NCBI GenBank assembly: GCA_964016885.1
Contig: OZ024743.1
Coordinates: 5,332,001 to 5,396,000, forward strand
Source: Eledone cirrhosa
Lineage: Eukaryota
Direction: 5' to 3'
Length of the DNA: 64,000 nt
The notes under the pieces were generated by a model. It was given only the letters and a program-made list of their open reading frames with translations, did no database searches and was not told the origin of the DNA. Positions 41,315 to 54,881 of the stretch are shown here, in pieces (the first letter of the stretch is position 1; each line of letters begins with the position of its first letter). The position numbers and the translations under genes were made by a program.

Positions 41315-42510
41315 TGTTATCCTTGGAATGGACAGTTTTGAAATTTCCTGTTATATAAACAGTGCTTATTAACGGCTATCTTCAGGGCTTTCAACAAAAG
41401 CGTTCTAGCCAAGAGCTTCTTGTCATTTATTCCAGCATCTTGTCTTATAATAATTCACGCAATGTAAGTTGTAAGTTCGATTGCCGGTGGCCTGTTTGTC
41501 CTTGAGCAAGAGACTTCATTTCACGTTGATCTAGTTCATTTACGGGGTCGATATAATAAAGCAGTAGTAACGTACACCGGTCGATTTAATCTACTTTCTC
41601 TTTCCTTTCAAATTGCTGGCCTTGTGCCAAATGTAAAAACAATTATTATTATTAAGGCGATGGAGTGATTAAATCGGTAAGAGCGTTGAAGTAAATGCTT
41701 AACGGTATTTATTTTCGTTCCTCTAAATTTTGTATTCAAGTTTGCTGAAGTCAACTTATCCCTTCTGGAGTCAATACAATTAGTGCGATGTACCGGAGGC
41801 GTTCCAGGTGACTATACAGCTTCCCATAAAACTCTGGTGGCCATGTGCCAATCTTAGAAACCATTAATGCACCCTTAACAATGTGTGCTTCATAACCAAT
41901 GTTTTTAGAGTTAACTGTAAGGTAATATGTTCTTAAATGTCACGGCTGATGTGAAAGCAAGGTTAGATCGAATCTAGGGTGTTAGCATGAAGAATGCTTA
42001 TGTACTTTTATAATTAGAACACAACATCCCATCTCTCTTTTTCTTCATCTTTTTTCTATGTATGTGCATATGTAGGTGTGTGTATGCGCGTTTGTACACA
42101 CCCACTTATACACAGACACATACACACTTACACATATATACAAGTGGTTGACTAAAGAAGCATTGGGGAAATCTGAAATATATGTGTCACAAAGCAAATG
42201 ACTATGATTATAGTGGATCACTATAAATGATAATTGATACAATCAACTAAAGTACCCCTGGCGACAGAATAAAAGGTGAACAGAGGCGCCTGTGCTGCTT
42301 AAGTTAGCTGTTGCTTTCACATCTAGCTACAGGCTTAAAATCTTTTAAATAGACGAAATTAATGCTCAGCGATTCTTTAGCGTTTTGGTTAACGCATCCG
42401 AGATGCGAGAGGTTCGATTCTTTGCAAGTGTCTCTGCTTACTTTTTGTTCTGCCTCCAAGTGTTCTTTACCCGATTTTCTCCACTATCATTTATAGTAAT
42501 TGACTATCAT

Positions 42511-42700
42511 TTGGATTGGCAGTGTCGGTCGAGAGTCGGGCGCCATTCTTTGCAGCATAAAGTTAGTCCCATTTCGGTCTGAGTTCAAATCCCGCCGAGG
42601 TTAACTTTGCCTTTCATCTTTACGGGGTCGATAAAATAAAATACCAGTAATGCACTTGGATAATTGCTGGCCTTGTGCCAAAAGTAGAAACAATTATTAT
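42511..42700 (+). mobile_element. SINE family 1
   Basis: Matches the family pattern. Confidence 0.8.
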
Positions 42701-43219
42701 GGTCATTCGCGTCGGGTGCATATTTTTCAAATATATATTCTTAGGAAATGTAATAATCTTAGGAAATGTAATAATCAGAAATTAAACACAGTCGATTGCT
42801 ATAAATATTAGGGTAGAACATCGGGTAAAACCCCTTACAGACGGAGGTAAGTGCTTCGTACTTCTCAAATCTCTGTACCATTGAGGAAGACTGAAGGAAA
42901 GAATAAGCGACCTATCAATCGTATGTATTGATTCTTAAGTACGGGTTTCAAAACAATTAGAAATCTTTGCATACAATAAACGTAAATAAAATAGCAAGGC
43001 TATGTTCATTAAAACTAAGTGTTGTTCGCCAGCATACTACTAGTTTATTAGACAAGGCCATTGGTACATCTCTGATTTTGATATCTGATAGGAACTACAA
43101 TCATTCACTTGAGAATTTGCCATTTGTTTATTATGAGAGATTTGTCTATTGAGAATATTTATATTTTAGTGAGAATATAAGCTGGCTTGAATAATTGTTT
43201 TCGCTTTATATAGTGTAAA

Positions 43220-44190
43220 TAAATTCTACTTTAGGCACAAAGCCAGTAATTTTTTTTTTCTTTTTTTAGTGGTAAGGAGTCCAATAAATCGACTCCAGTA
43301 CGTTACTGGTACTTTATTTTATCGACTCCGTAAGGATGAAAGACAAAGCTAACCTCAGCGGGATTTGAACTCAGAACGCAAAGGGCCATAGCTCTATGTC
43401 GCGAAGCATGTTTCTCAACGCTCTAGCGACACTGCTAAACTTATGTACATAATAATTGTTTCTACTTTAGGCACAAGGCCAGCAATTTGAAGGGGGAGGG
43501 AAAAGTCGATTAAATTGACCCCAGTGCATTACTGGTACTTTATTTTATTGACTCCGTAAGGATGAAAGGCAAAGCTAACCTCGGCAGGATTTGGCCCCAG
43601 GACGTAAAGGGCCGTAACTCTATGCCACAAAGCATGTTGTCCAACGCTCTACCGACACTGCCAAAGCATGTAAATAATAATAAACTCTCTCACACAACGG
43701 CAGCTTAATACTTCGATCATTCTGCGACTGATTACACAGTTGTTACATTGAAATGGACGAGAAAATTATGTTAAGATGCTCCAAACACAACACCATAGGA
43801 ATATATAGCAACTCTTCGTACAAATTCTTCATGTCACTCAATATGTTTACTGTACATTTACATACACCTGGAATACTAGGCAGAGTAGAAGGGAAAGTTT
43901 GTAATATTCACATAAAAATAAGCAGAGTAATGATTATTGCTGAAATAATATATATCAACACTAGTAGATAATGATTTCTACTATAGGCACAAGGCCAGTA
44001 ATTTGGGGTGAGGAGAAAGTCGAATAAATTGACCCCAGTACGTTACTGGTACTTTATTTTATCGACCTCTATAAGGATGAAAGGCAAAGCTAACTTCGGC
44101 GAGATTTGAATTCAGAACGTAAAGGGCCGTAACTCTATGCCGCAAAAAAATGTTGTCCGACGCTCTACCGATACTGCCAATCTACCACCC
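43220..44190 (-). mobile_element. Cluster of three SINE family 1 copies (43220-43436, 43454-43663, 43972-44190)
   Basis: Reverse-complement matches to the family pattern. Confidence 0.82.
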
Positions 44191-44807
44191 TAACACTGAT
44201 AGATAATATCAAGAAACTGTATTTCAAGTAGTAATAAGATAACAATGGTATTTAATCCATTCAAGTGGGTTTTGGGTGTTGCATCATACCACAACAGTTG
44301 CAAGACCGTATCGACTGAATACTTTGAGACATTCTTGTGAAACAATATACAGATATTATTTGCAACTTAGAAAGTTTCTCCTAATTTACTTCAAGAAGAA
44401 CCTATTGAAGAAATAGTTTGCATACATACTAAAAGTTTATTCAAAGTAGGAAAATGTCACCAACAATGGCAGGTACAATAGTTACTTCGACAAGTCTAAT
44501 ATTCGCTGCGGAGGTCATGAGAAGAGTATGCTGTGTCATGGGGCTGCGAGAAAACGCAACGTGATTAAAATTCAAAGATTAAGAAAATATAGCAATTCTT
44601 TCTTCACATTCTTCATTACACAGAATATATTTACTAGACATTTACATACATCTCTAATAATAGTTTTGGTGACTCTTTGTAGACATATTTTTTATATTCC
44701 ATGTAATATAGCAAGAGGCAATCAAGAGAAAAAAGATCACGGTTATATAAGGTACTAAATACTTTAAGCGGGAAAGGTACTACGTGACTAGAACTATATA
44801 TATATAT

Positions 44808-44998
44808 AACGAAGGAAATGTGGTAAGGAACCAGGTGGACCATAACGCACCAAAGTACTCAATACTTAGGGTAGTAGAGTGGGTAATAGGAACGAGTAGG
44901 ACCCCGACGGCTGAGCTCAAGCCGTTTCGACGGCTAATTCTGCCTCCAGAATTAGCCGTCGAAACGGCTTGAGCTCAGCCATCGGGGTCCTACTCGTT

Positions 44999-45003
<5 letters not shown>
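44808..45003. mobile_element. Fold-back mini-element family A (best-preserved copy)
   Basis: 57-bp arms 44886-44942 / 44947-45003 with one mismatch and a 4-nt loop; (TA)n on both sides. Confidence 0.85.
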
Positions 45004-45049
<46 letters not shown>

Positions 45050-45294
45050 ATTGTGACTCTTGTTACATATATATTTAAACTCTACTTCGGTATTAAATAC
45101 TCATTCTCACGTTCGTTTATATTATGCGGATATATATATAAAGTAATATGTTTTCAAATACGAAACTTGTACGTGATGAAGTTATACATCTCAAAAATAT
45201 GATATTCATTACGTACACAAGGCTACATACAATTTTATAGAAAGATATGAAATCCTAACATGAACGATTATGAATTCACGTAGAGCAGGAAATT

Positions 45295-45378
45295 CTTTGA
45301 AAAATAAAACCAAGCACTGCTAACTATATCATATTTAAAATATGATATAGTTAGCAGTGTTTGGTTTTATTTTTCAAA

Positions 45379-45379
<1 letters not shown>
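45295..45379. repeat. About 40-bp-arm hairpin abutting (TA)n
   Basis: CTTTGAAAAATAAAACCAAGCACTGCTAACTATATCATATTT / AAATATGATATAGTTAGCAGTGTTTGGTTTTATTTTTCAAAG. Confidence 0.85.
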
Positions 45380-45439
<60 letters not shown>

Positions 45440-45516
45440 GAGTGTAACGCGGAGTTACTCTAGGTTCACCCGGGTGAGCACGATGTTTAGGTTCACTTCT
45501 GTATCGAGGTGTAGAG

Positions 45517-45561
<45 letters not shown>

Positions 45562-45970
45562 CCATATGCGCCACTGTTTCGAACTAGAACTGATTACAGA
45601 TTGGCCCTTTAGCCTATACGAGGAAAGCATTTTCATTAAGGAACAACAAGTAAAAGTCTCAATAAAGAAATTGCTAAGAGAACATTGTAAAAGATAGGAA
45701 ATACACTACGGAGTGATTAGATATATGATGACTAACAATACAACCCCTGCCGATAAGATAAGACTACAAAATACCCATATATCAAAGTCAAAAGTCGAGC
45801 AATTAGAACAAACAGCAACGACACATTCAAGAATTATTATAAACCAATCACTGACAGATAGCTGCTTACTATTACAATTACCTCATGAAATGGATCGACT
45901 TCAAACGTTATGTATCGGACAATATTCGGTCTCTGTCCCCAACATTATGTAATTCTTGTTGTACTTAACC

Positions 45971-46016
45971 AACCATCTGATGAAGGCATGCCTGTCCGAA
46001 ATACATTACGTAACGG
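45971..46016 (+). ncRNA. Degenerate hammerhead-like motif in a TA-flanked insert (45557-46120)
   Basis: CCAT-CTGATGA-AGGCATGCCTGTCC-GAAA-TACATTAC-GTA^ACGG; stem I imperfect. Confidence 0.45.
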
Positions 46017-46120
46017 CCAACGGATATATCCGGAACTGCGCATTAATGGCATTTTATTCAATTAAATGTACCAACCTTTCTTCATAATAATTCATGTAAA
46101 CATACATACCTACGCACGCA

Positions 46121-46200
<80 letters not shown>

Positions 46201-46283
46201 GAGATGAGCGGAACAAGTAAAATTCAAACAATCTTTCAAAATAAATTCAAAAAATACAATTTAAATATTCACCTATCCATATT

Positions 46284-46362
46284 GCTTTTACCGACGGTTT
46301 CGCCTCAGAAAAGATTGGAAATCCGAGGGACTTCCAATGGAAAGTTCGGCTCTTCAGAATGC
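46284..46362 (-). ncRNA. Hammerhead ribozyme with branched stem II in a TA-flanked 270-bp insert (46195-46467)
   Basis: GCATT-CTGAAGA-GCC...TTGGAA..TTCCAA...GGC-GAAAC-CGTCG-GTA^AAAGC; one stem I mismatch. Confidence 0.65.
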
Positions 46363-46463
46363 TTTGTGAATGTATGTCAAATTAATACCATTGAACAACA
46401 ACTGTACCATAGACACCCTATATATTTCCGAGGGTACTTAGTACCTGTGGCGATATTGATCTC

Positions 46464-46503
<40 letters not shown>

Positions 46504-46665
46504 GATATATCTCATTTGAAATAATACAGCCAATTTTCCACGCAATACTTTTAGTTAGCACCCCGAACACATAATTGGGAATATAATCACTTATTTCCTA
46601 ATGTTTGTTGAGTGAGTTGGAATTTGGCCGGAGTATCGCTAAAAAGCTTTCTCCGATATTGTATT

Positions 46666-46722
<57 letters not shown>

Positions 46723-48057
46723 TGGCGATGATTTGGCAAATTCGCTAGAACGCGAATAGAATGCTTTGTGGTAGTCTCGTTCTGGATCTCTGCTCTCGGA
46801 TTTCTAATCTCGCCGAGGTCAACTTTACCTGCCATCCTTTCGAGGTTGATAAAAAATGTACCAGTTTAGTACTGGCGTAGATTCTTCCTTTATATCTCTT
46901 CCTCATCCCCTCTCTTTCAATTTCTATCCTTCTCTTGAAGAAATCTGGTGTGTTCAAACCTGGAGAGGGGGAGGGGGCACCACCAGGCTTTAAAAGCCCA
47001 AGAGACGCCGCATGTCGCTACACCGCCACCACGACGGAGTTATGGGACTAAGTAAGAAAGAATATATAATATATATATGTGTGTGTTTATATATATATAT
47101 ATATATGTGGGGGGGGGGGGGGTTATATATATATATGTGTGTGTTTCGTAAGGTATATATATGTATCCAAGTGTAAGCTATATTTGGAATGTGCGAACGA
47201 TACAAAGTCACACCGGCTTATTTGTTTTTGTAGTTTATTCAATTTAATAGTAGAACGCTTATTCTCAACTTAATTAAAGCAGAGGCATGCTTGAAACTAC
47301 CCAAAACGGCTTCGATGAAATTCTACCATTACCAACAACAATTATATTTTTATCGACCCTCGGATGTTCTGTAGTCTTGATTCTATGAGTCTAACGTATT
47401 ATTTATAATATACAGGTAAAACTGAATTCGTGACTTGCAAACGATACAAACCTTTACAATACGAACACACGCCAGTATATTTAATTTTGCTACTTTAATT
47501 TCATGCTTAGATTTGAGAAATATATACACCGTCTTCATTGACTGTGTAGCTACACTACCAGAGTATCGATTATTGGTGGAATTATTCATATCAACACTGA
47601 TAAGTAACAGCAAAAGACTATATTTCATGAAGTAATAAAAAGCCAATGACATTTATGTATTTCAAGTAGTCTTGAGTGTCATGTCATATGACAACAGTTG
47701 CAATATCGTATTGACTGGATATGTTCAGATGTTGTTACGTGAGAAGATACAGGCATCCTCTGAAACCTAAAACTGTTCACCTAGCTTACTTCAAGAAGAA
47801 CCGATTGAAGAAACATTTTCATACATATTAAACGATAATAGAAAGTTAGAAAATGTTCCCAATAAAATAGCAATTTCAACAGAAAGGTGACATCAGCATT
47901 TCACTGAGGTCACAATAAGACTGAAACATGTGCAGAGGTAAACTAACCATAAGATTTAATTAATGTTTAATTTCTCGCCGTATAATTATTTCTACTTGGC
48001 CTTTTAACGTTCACTACTCTAAAAACGTCAACATTTACTTAAATACTTCCTTTAAAG

Positions 48058-48110
<53 letters not shown>

Positions 48111-48239
48111 GGGTGGTGGAACTTTGGGGGAGAGGCCATGTCACCCCCCACCCCTACAATAATTATATTTTTCTCCCCAAAATACCAAAACACACATCTG
48201 TTTGGATATGCGCTACAATTTATGTACGTGTTATGTAGA

Positions 48240-48537
48240 GATAGTTGGGAGAGATAGTTACAGATATAGAGAGGGGGAGAGATTGATGCTTATTGGTATA
48301 GATTGGGGGAGAGTTTGGTGTTAATTGATATAGATAGAGGTATTGGAAGAGAATTCCGTGTAGTCGATATATAGAGAGGGAGAGTTTGGTGGTAATGAAT
48401 AGAGGGAGAGGATTGATAGAGATAAGTATTGATGGATATAGAGCGGGGAGAATTTGGTAGTGATGGTTAGAGTGGGAATGGGAGAGAGTATTGTATGGTA
48501 GATATAGAGAGGGGGTAGTTTGATGGTAATTGATATA
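48240..48537. repeat. G-rich degenerate minisatellite (left part; resumes at 54061-54372)
   Basis: Recurrent GGGGGAGAGTTTGGTG(G/T)TAATTGATATAGAGAG-like units on both sides of the LINE. Confidence 0.8.
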
Positions 48538-48786
48538 AATTTCTATTTATTTGCCACCAGGGCATCAGAGATTGGGACAAATACAAAGGGGGGAGTTTAC
48601 ATACATTTAAAAAGACGTGTAAAAACATATAACAAATTAAATTTAACAATCGATGTCCTCAATAGGGAGGGGCGTTGACATGGGTCGCACCCCCCCCCCC
48701 CCCCCCCGAAAAAATGTGCAACCCTCCTGTTCAGGAGCACAAAGAGCGGGTGCTTCCTTCCTCTTCTCATTCTTCTCCTCTCTCAC

Positions 48787-51700
48787 CTACAGGCTGATAT
48801 AGAGAGAAAGCCCACTCACTCGGGCCATTCTCGCTACTTTCACCCATCTTTCATAAAACTTGCTGGGGTAGAGCACCTCTCTCTCCATTCTGATCCTTCT
48901 TCTAAAGTGGTACTTGAAAAAAAAGACCAGTTGTTGGCCGGAGAGAAAGGTGTCTGACCTCAGCCCTTTCAACCTTGTCCACCATACAACTTCTTTCGCC
49001 ATAGCTATCACACAGAGGAAAACCGCCTCTCCTTCATTTTTGAAAGGGGGAGGCGGTTTGATCGTGACAATGTTCTCGGTGGTCAACCGGATTGGTCCCA
49101 CCCGCGACAGTAGTCGTTCTACATAGCCCCACAGGTCAGCAACGCCCGGGAAGTGTACGAATGCGTGTGCGACGGTTTCCTCGTCACGCACGCATCTCGG
49201 ACAGATCTTCTTCGAGGGTTCCCTACTCGGGCGCCCGTGTCTGTAGAGCTTGTCCCGAACGGGTAGAGCTCCTCGGTAACATTGCCAAGCCAGGGACTTT
49301 TGGAAGTTGTCCATCGGTCCCGGGCCAAACGTCCTACCGAACAGACTGGCCAGCTCATCTTCCTCCATGCCCAGAGCCTCTCCGAGAGCGTCGTCGCACT
49401 TACTGTGCACCAACCCTCTATATAATGTTGAGGTTGAGTCTCCACTGATTGCCGGATCCGCTTGCCAGAGGGCCGTGAGCGCCTGGGCACATTCAATGTG
49501 CCAGTCGCCCACTTTTCTCGGTCTTTGCTTGACCCAGGATTGCAGCTCGGTGAGTGAGACGAGTCTCGGAAAGGCTCACAAACAGGGCCCACACCGGCTG
49601 ACCGGTGAGGAATACCTGGATGTGCCGTAGCCTTAATGCGTGTCTACACATCGTCAGCCACGGCATCCCCAGCCCTCCGTTCGAAGGGTGTTGACAGCAG
49701 ATGGATCTTCTCACCAAAGGAGCCCGCTTCTTCCAAAGAAATCGGAAGAGCGCGCGCTCCATTTTGGCGAGTGTTTTCTCTGGGCAAGGCACGACGGTCA
49801 AGCGGTAGTAGATGACGGACGCTATATAAGCGTTCGCCACCTCCGCTCGACCTTTCAAGGATAGTTTGCACTCGGCCCACTTCTGAGCGAGTGCAAACAC
49901 CTTGCCTGTTACCTCGTCCCAGTTTTTCTCCACCTGGAGGTCCGGTCCGAACCAGACCCCGAGCAGCTTCACCGGTCCCTCCGTCCAGCGTCCGACGATG
50001 CCGTCGGAGGGCATCGTTTTGCCCCTCCACGTCCCGAGTTGCAAACCGACGGACTTGTCCCGGTTCAGCTTGGCTCCTGTGAACCTTTCATATTCCTCCA
50101 GTAAGGTGCCGATCTGCCCGATTTCCGAGGCGCACGACACCATTACTGTCACGTCATCGGCGTAGGCCGACACCGCTTTCCGCAATCCCGGTTCCAAGGG
50201 GATGCCCTGCAACAGCTCCAGCTTCCGCAGTAGTGGCTCGAGAGCCAGCACATACAGGAGGCAGGAGAGAGGGCATCCCTGTCGGATGGATCGCGTGATT
50301 GATAGATTGATCCAAGTTGATCAGGGCCCCACCAAAACCGGGTTCGTTCCCTACCCTCTCTACGATGTATCGCATGAGGTGGAGGTTGTCGTGTATGGAC
50401 CTGGACGAGATTGCGCATGTCTGCGCTTCTCCCACCAGGTTCCCGACGACAAGCGCCAACCTCTTCGCTAACACCTTGGCCAAAATCTTTAACTCTGTGT
50501 TTAGCAGAGTTATGGGCCTGAAGTTATCTATGTCACCCCCCTTGTTCTCGTCCTTCCTCACCAGCGTGACTACGCCCTTGGTCACAGAACTGGGAATTCT
50601 CCCGTTCTGTTGCCAGTTGTAGTAGACCGCCTCGAGGAGACCGGAGAACAAGCCCGGCATCGCTACATAAAGTTCGTATGGTAGACCATCGAGACCCGGA
50701 GATTTGCGTTTGCCGCATTGGCTCAGCGCTTCCCCTATTTCAGCGGCTGAAATCGGCCTCTCGCAGGACTTCGCCTCCCTGTCCGAGAGCCGCGCCAGAC
50801 CGTCGAGGTATGGACCGAAATCGATGGCCCCTCCCGAACAGTCGTGCAAAGCGCCGTTGAAAGGCCGCGCTCATCCGCTCAGGTTCAAGGATCACGCGTC
50901 CATCCTGGTCCTTCAAAGACCGAATCATGGACTTGTTTCCACTTTTTGCCTCTGTCACTCGGGCCCAGCTAACAGCTTTGGCTCCCTCGTTACCCAGAGC
51001 ACGTATTTTACTCCTGACAACGCAGCCTTCCTGCTTCGCATCAAAGAACTGGTCTAGGGCCGTTCTTGACGCCAGCACGCCGGCCACGTTGCCACTCCTA
51101 ATCGCCTCTTCTACTCTATTTGTTAATTCCCTTTCAGTTCTATTCCTATCTGATGCTAATTCCCGACTAAAACCTATCGATTCTATTCTAATTTCTCTCT
51201 TGAGAGAGCCCCACCACCTGTTGTTGACAATTGCCCCCGTCAAACGCTGCTTAACTAGTGTGCTAATCCGCTTACTGTAAGCTTTGTTTGTCGGTAAAGA
51301 CAAGTTTAGCTTCCAGTAACCGGGTCCCTGTCTATGAGTTCTATCAAGGTTGACCACTCCGGTCACCAACTTTTGATCCGAATAGTCAACCATGAACATT
51401 CGTGGACAGCTTAATATGTCCCTATCCTTATTTCTAACTAGGAACCTATCTAGGTACGACCTAGCTGTTCCGCTGTGATTAGTCCACGTCCACCGTGGCA
51501 CAGTCGGAAAATCTAGTCGATATCTATCGGCCAGATCAAATCGGCCGATTAATCTTTTGAGGGACATGCCCCTACATAGTCCCAACGTGCATCCAGGATA
51601 CCATTCCAGTCCCCCACTAAAAGCAAGGAGCGAGACGTTCCCAGGAAATTCTCCAGGCGCCGGAAGAAGTCCGGTCGCGGTGTTCCAGATGGGGCATACG

Positions 51701-52031
51701 CTGCCATCAGCCTGAAAGCTCCATCTTCACCACTGCCGACGTCTAAAACCACCAGTCGACCCTCCGGGTCCAGGTGTACCTTCTGTGTGGCAAGACCCAG
51801 GTATTTTCGCAGCAGAACGACAACCCCACCCCCAGCCCTCGGCTGACAGAGAGATGCGTAGATCTCAAAGTCGTCGAAGATGGGGGCTAGTTGGCGCTCG
51901 CTGCTGATCCTGGACTCGCAAATAACCATTACATCCACTCTCTGCGACCTGAGGTCATTTAAGAGTTTGCCCTGTTTCCAGGACATCCCCAGGCCGCGTG
52001 CATTCACACATCCAACTCTTATATTGGCCAT
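48787..52031 (-). pseudogene. ORF2: AP endonuclease + reverse transcriptase + zinc-binding C-terminus, with frameshifts and an internal deletion
   Basis: NARGL, GDWN, YLDRFLV, GPGYWKLN, KSPGLDGLP, NFRPITLLN, RQGCPLS, AYADD, GGLG, CPRC...ETVAH; spread over five frame segments. Confidence 0.92.
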
Positions 52032-52073
52032 GTTGGTGCTGAAGAGTTAAAAAGGAAGAGGAAAGGAAATTAC

Positions 52074-53858
52074 TTACCTCTTCGTCTCCTGGGGACCAGG
52101 CTGCACAATTTCCATGGGGGTGTTGGAAGGGTTGTTTGGTGGGGTGGTGGTTTGTAGTGGGGTGAGGACATCAGTGTGTGGTGGGATTAGGGTGTTTGGT
52201 GGGGTGTGGGTGTCTGTGGTGGGGGTGGGGAAACATCTCAATAGGACGCTGTTAAGTGGTTTGGTGCAGTTGGTCCCCACATGCATTGGATGGTGCTTTT
52301 TCAAAGTTACATAGGTTTCCGTTGGGACCTTAATCATCATTAGGTGCGGTTTGTTCGCTGCGTAGGTGAAAGTGATCCCTTCGGTTTCCACCGAAGGGTT
52401 ATTTTCTATCGCTTTCATCAAAGTTTTATTGTTCTTATTAATGTATATATAGAGTTTTTGTTGTGTTGTGTTTGTTTTTGTTTGTTGTTCTTGTGCGTGT
52501 TTGCGTTTTGTAGTATGTGTTATGTTTTGGGGAGGGTGGGTTTTTTTGTTTGTGATGTTTGTTCTGTTTGTGCTGGTGGTTGTGTGTTTGTAGCATTATT
52601 GTTAATGTGGTGCCTTTTTTTTTTCCTTTTCGCCTGTTGAAAGGGTTCTCCCTCGTCGTCACTGGGTGACGTTGATACGGAGTCCTCTTCCGTATTGTTG
52701 GGGAGGGGTATATTTTGGGGTTTTGTTGTGGTTGCTTTTGTATTTGTTTTAGCTGGGGAGGGGTTGGGAGGAACAGTGTTTTGTGTTGTTATTTTTCCGT
52801 GTTGTTGTGGTTGTGGTGGTGGTGGTGGTTGTGTTGTTGTGTTCGGGGTTGGCAGAAGAGCCTTTTTTTTTTACTCGTTAATTGAGGACAGGCAGCTCTC
52901 AGGTGACCCCTGCTTAAGCAGTGGTAACATGACGGCCGCCTTCCCTCCACTGAAATGTTTATATAAGTTAGCCCGTCCAGAGGCACGTGTTGTGGGATAT
53001 TCGCTATTCGTTCTGGGTTCAGAACTTCTACGCTGGTCCCACCAAATACACCTCCGGAGGACTTTCCTATTGAAATTATTTTGTCTTCATCAAAGTCAAT
53101 GATTCCACATAGTATCCACCAAATATTTACATTTGGTGTGATACTCATTATTTTTATTCTTTGTGTCCTTTTTCCCCTGTATGTGAGGAAAAAGGTGAAG
53201 CGGGGGGACACAATGGGTGATACCGAGTACTTTTGTGCTGTTGACTGGTTGTTCATTAGCACCGAAATGCTACCAAACAGTTTACCTTTTCGTATGAAGG
53301 TTATGTCCTTCGTTGCATCTTTTAGAACCAGCTCAATTTCATTTTGTGATAATTGAGCTGGTTTTCTTGTTTCGTTCGATATTGTCCTGAAAACCACAGT
53401 TTTCAGGACAGCCTCTCTACGTAATTCCTGTGGAGAATTGATGCTAAAAGCACCGTTTTCGTCAAAAGTCACGAATTGTTTTGCGTCTTGTAATAGTTGT
53501 TTAGCATTTGTTATGTCTATTGGCGTGTATAGTTCGTTTTTTTTACAGTCTGTGCGAATGTTGTTTTGATGTTGTTGTCTTTTTTGTTGCTGCTGTTGTT
53601 GTCACTGTTGGTAATATTGTTCATGTTTTCCTTGGTGTTGCTGTTGTTGCAGTTGTTGGTTGTGGTGTTATTGTCATTGTTCTTGTTGTTGGTGCTGGTA
53701 TTATTTACCGGTTTTGGTTTCGTGGTTTCAATATTTTCAACGTTTTTCGATAATGCGAGGGGGGAAGGCTGCAAGCTTTGTACTCCTACCTTCCCTCCAC
53801 CACTTTTCTTAGTGGGCGTGGCACTCATGACAGTGTGCGAGGTGGAAATGGCATCCAT
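52074..53858 (-). pseudogene. ORF1 (gag-like nucleic-acid-binding protein), frameshifted
   Basis: EGRRPSCYHCLSRGHLRAACP (CX2CX4HX4C) knuckle, Asn/Thr/Pro-rich low-complexity flanks, directly upstream of ORF2. Confidence 0.8.
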
Positions 53859-54379
53859 TGCTGACTACAAAGTCTACACAGTTTTAAGATGAAAATGAAA
53901 ATTTCGCCCCAGAAAGGGGCGAAAATTAGTTGACTCAACGTCTGAAGGCCCAGGCAAGGGGTTAAACTAAACAATGCTATTAAATTGAGCAATGAACTCA
54001 CAGTTTTTTTGACAATAATCCGTAAAAGTCCGGAGCGAGGTAATTCACGTCTATATCAAGTGGTAATTGATATAGAGAGGCGGGTTGGCAGAGTGCGTTG
54101 TATATTAGCTATAGAGAGAGGGAGAGATTGGTGTTAATTGATATAGAGAGGGGTATTGGAAGAGAGTTCCGTGTAGCAGATATACAGAGGGGGGAGCTTG
54201 GTGCTAATTGATATAGAGAGGAGGGTTGGAAGCGAGTGTTGTGTGGCTGATGTAGAGAGGGGGAGCGTTAGGGTGTAATGAATAGAGTGAGAGGATAGAT
54301 AGCGGTAGCTATTGATAGATATAGAGAGGGGGAGTGTTTGGTGTTAATTAATATAGAGAGGGGGGTTGGAAGATTGTAC

Positions 54380-54451
54380 CCAACTCACCCATTCAGCCTG
54401 TCATAAAAGCATTTTTTCTTTTTTCTTTTTATGACAGGCTGAATGAGTTGG
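54380..54451. repeat. Short hairpin (about 25-bp arms)
   Basis: CCAACTCACCCATTCAGCCTGTCATAAAA / TTTTATGACAGGCTGAATGAGTTGG. Confidence 0.75.
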
Positions 54452-54849
54452 AGGTAAACAACCCCACGAAACTTAAGTACCTGTACATGTCACTATTGTA
54501 ACTCATTATAACTAACTCGTCCAATGAACGTATCATCATCATCATTATCGTTTAACGTCTATCTTCCACGCTAGCATGGGTTTAGACGGGAATTGTCCCA
54601 CTTGAAGCAAGATTGGTCGTCTCGCTCGTATAGGACTGTCTGGCAGGTTTTCTACGGCTGGATGCCCTTCCTAACACCAACCACATTTACAGTGTGGACT
54701 GTGTATTTTTTTCTCGTGACACCTACACGACCTCATTTATTTAGGACTGGATGTTGTGGTACCATCATAACTTTACAGAGAAAGAGGTGGTGTTGATGGG
54801 GGGTAGTGGGATGGGTTTATACCAAATTTGCACTACAGTGTGTATGTGC

Positions 54850-54880
<31 letters not shown>

Positions 54881-54881
<1 letters not shown>

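Larger units (their letters stand above)
48538..54060 (-). mobile_element. Full-length Tx1/L1-clade LINE, inactivated
   Basis: ORF1 with CCHC knuckle, ORF2 APE-RT-Cys domain, short A-rich 3' end, 14-bp TSD TGGTAATTGATATA (48524-48537 and 54061-54074). Confidence 0.92.

Noticed and set aside
44218-44470. Diverged repeat shared with about 47657-47860
   Set aside because: Real similarity, but too decayed to classify; probably an old transposon fragment.
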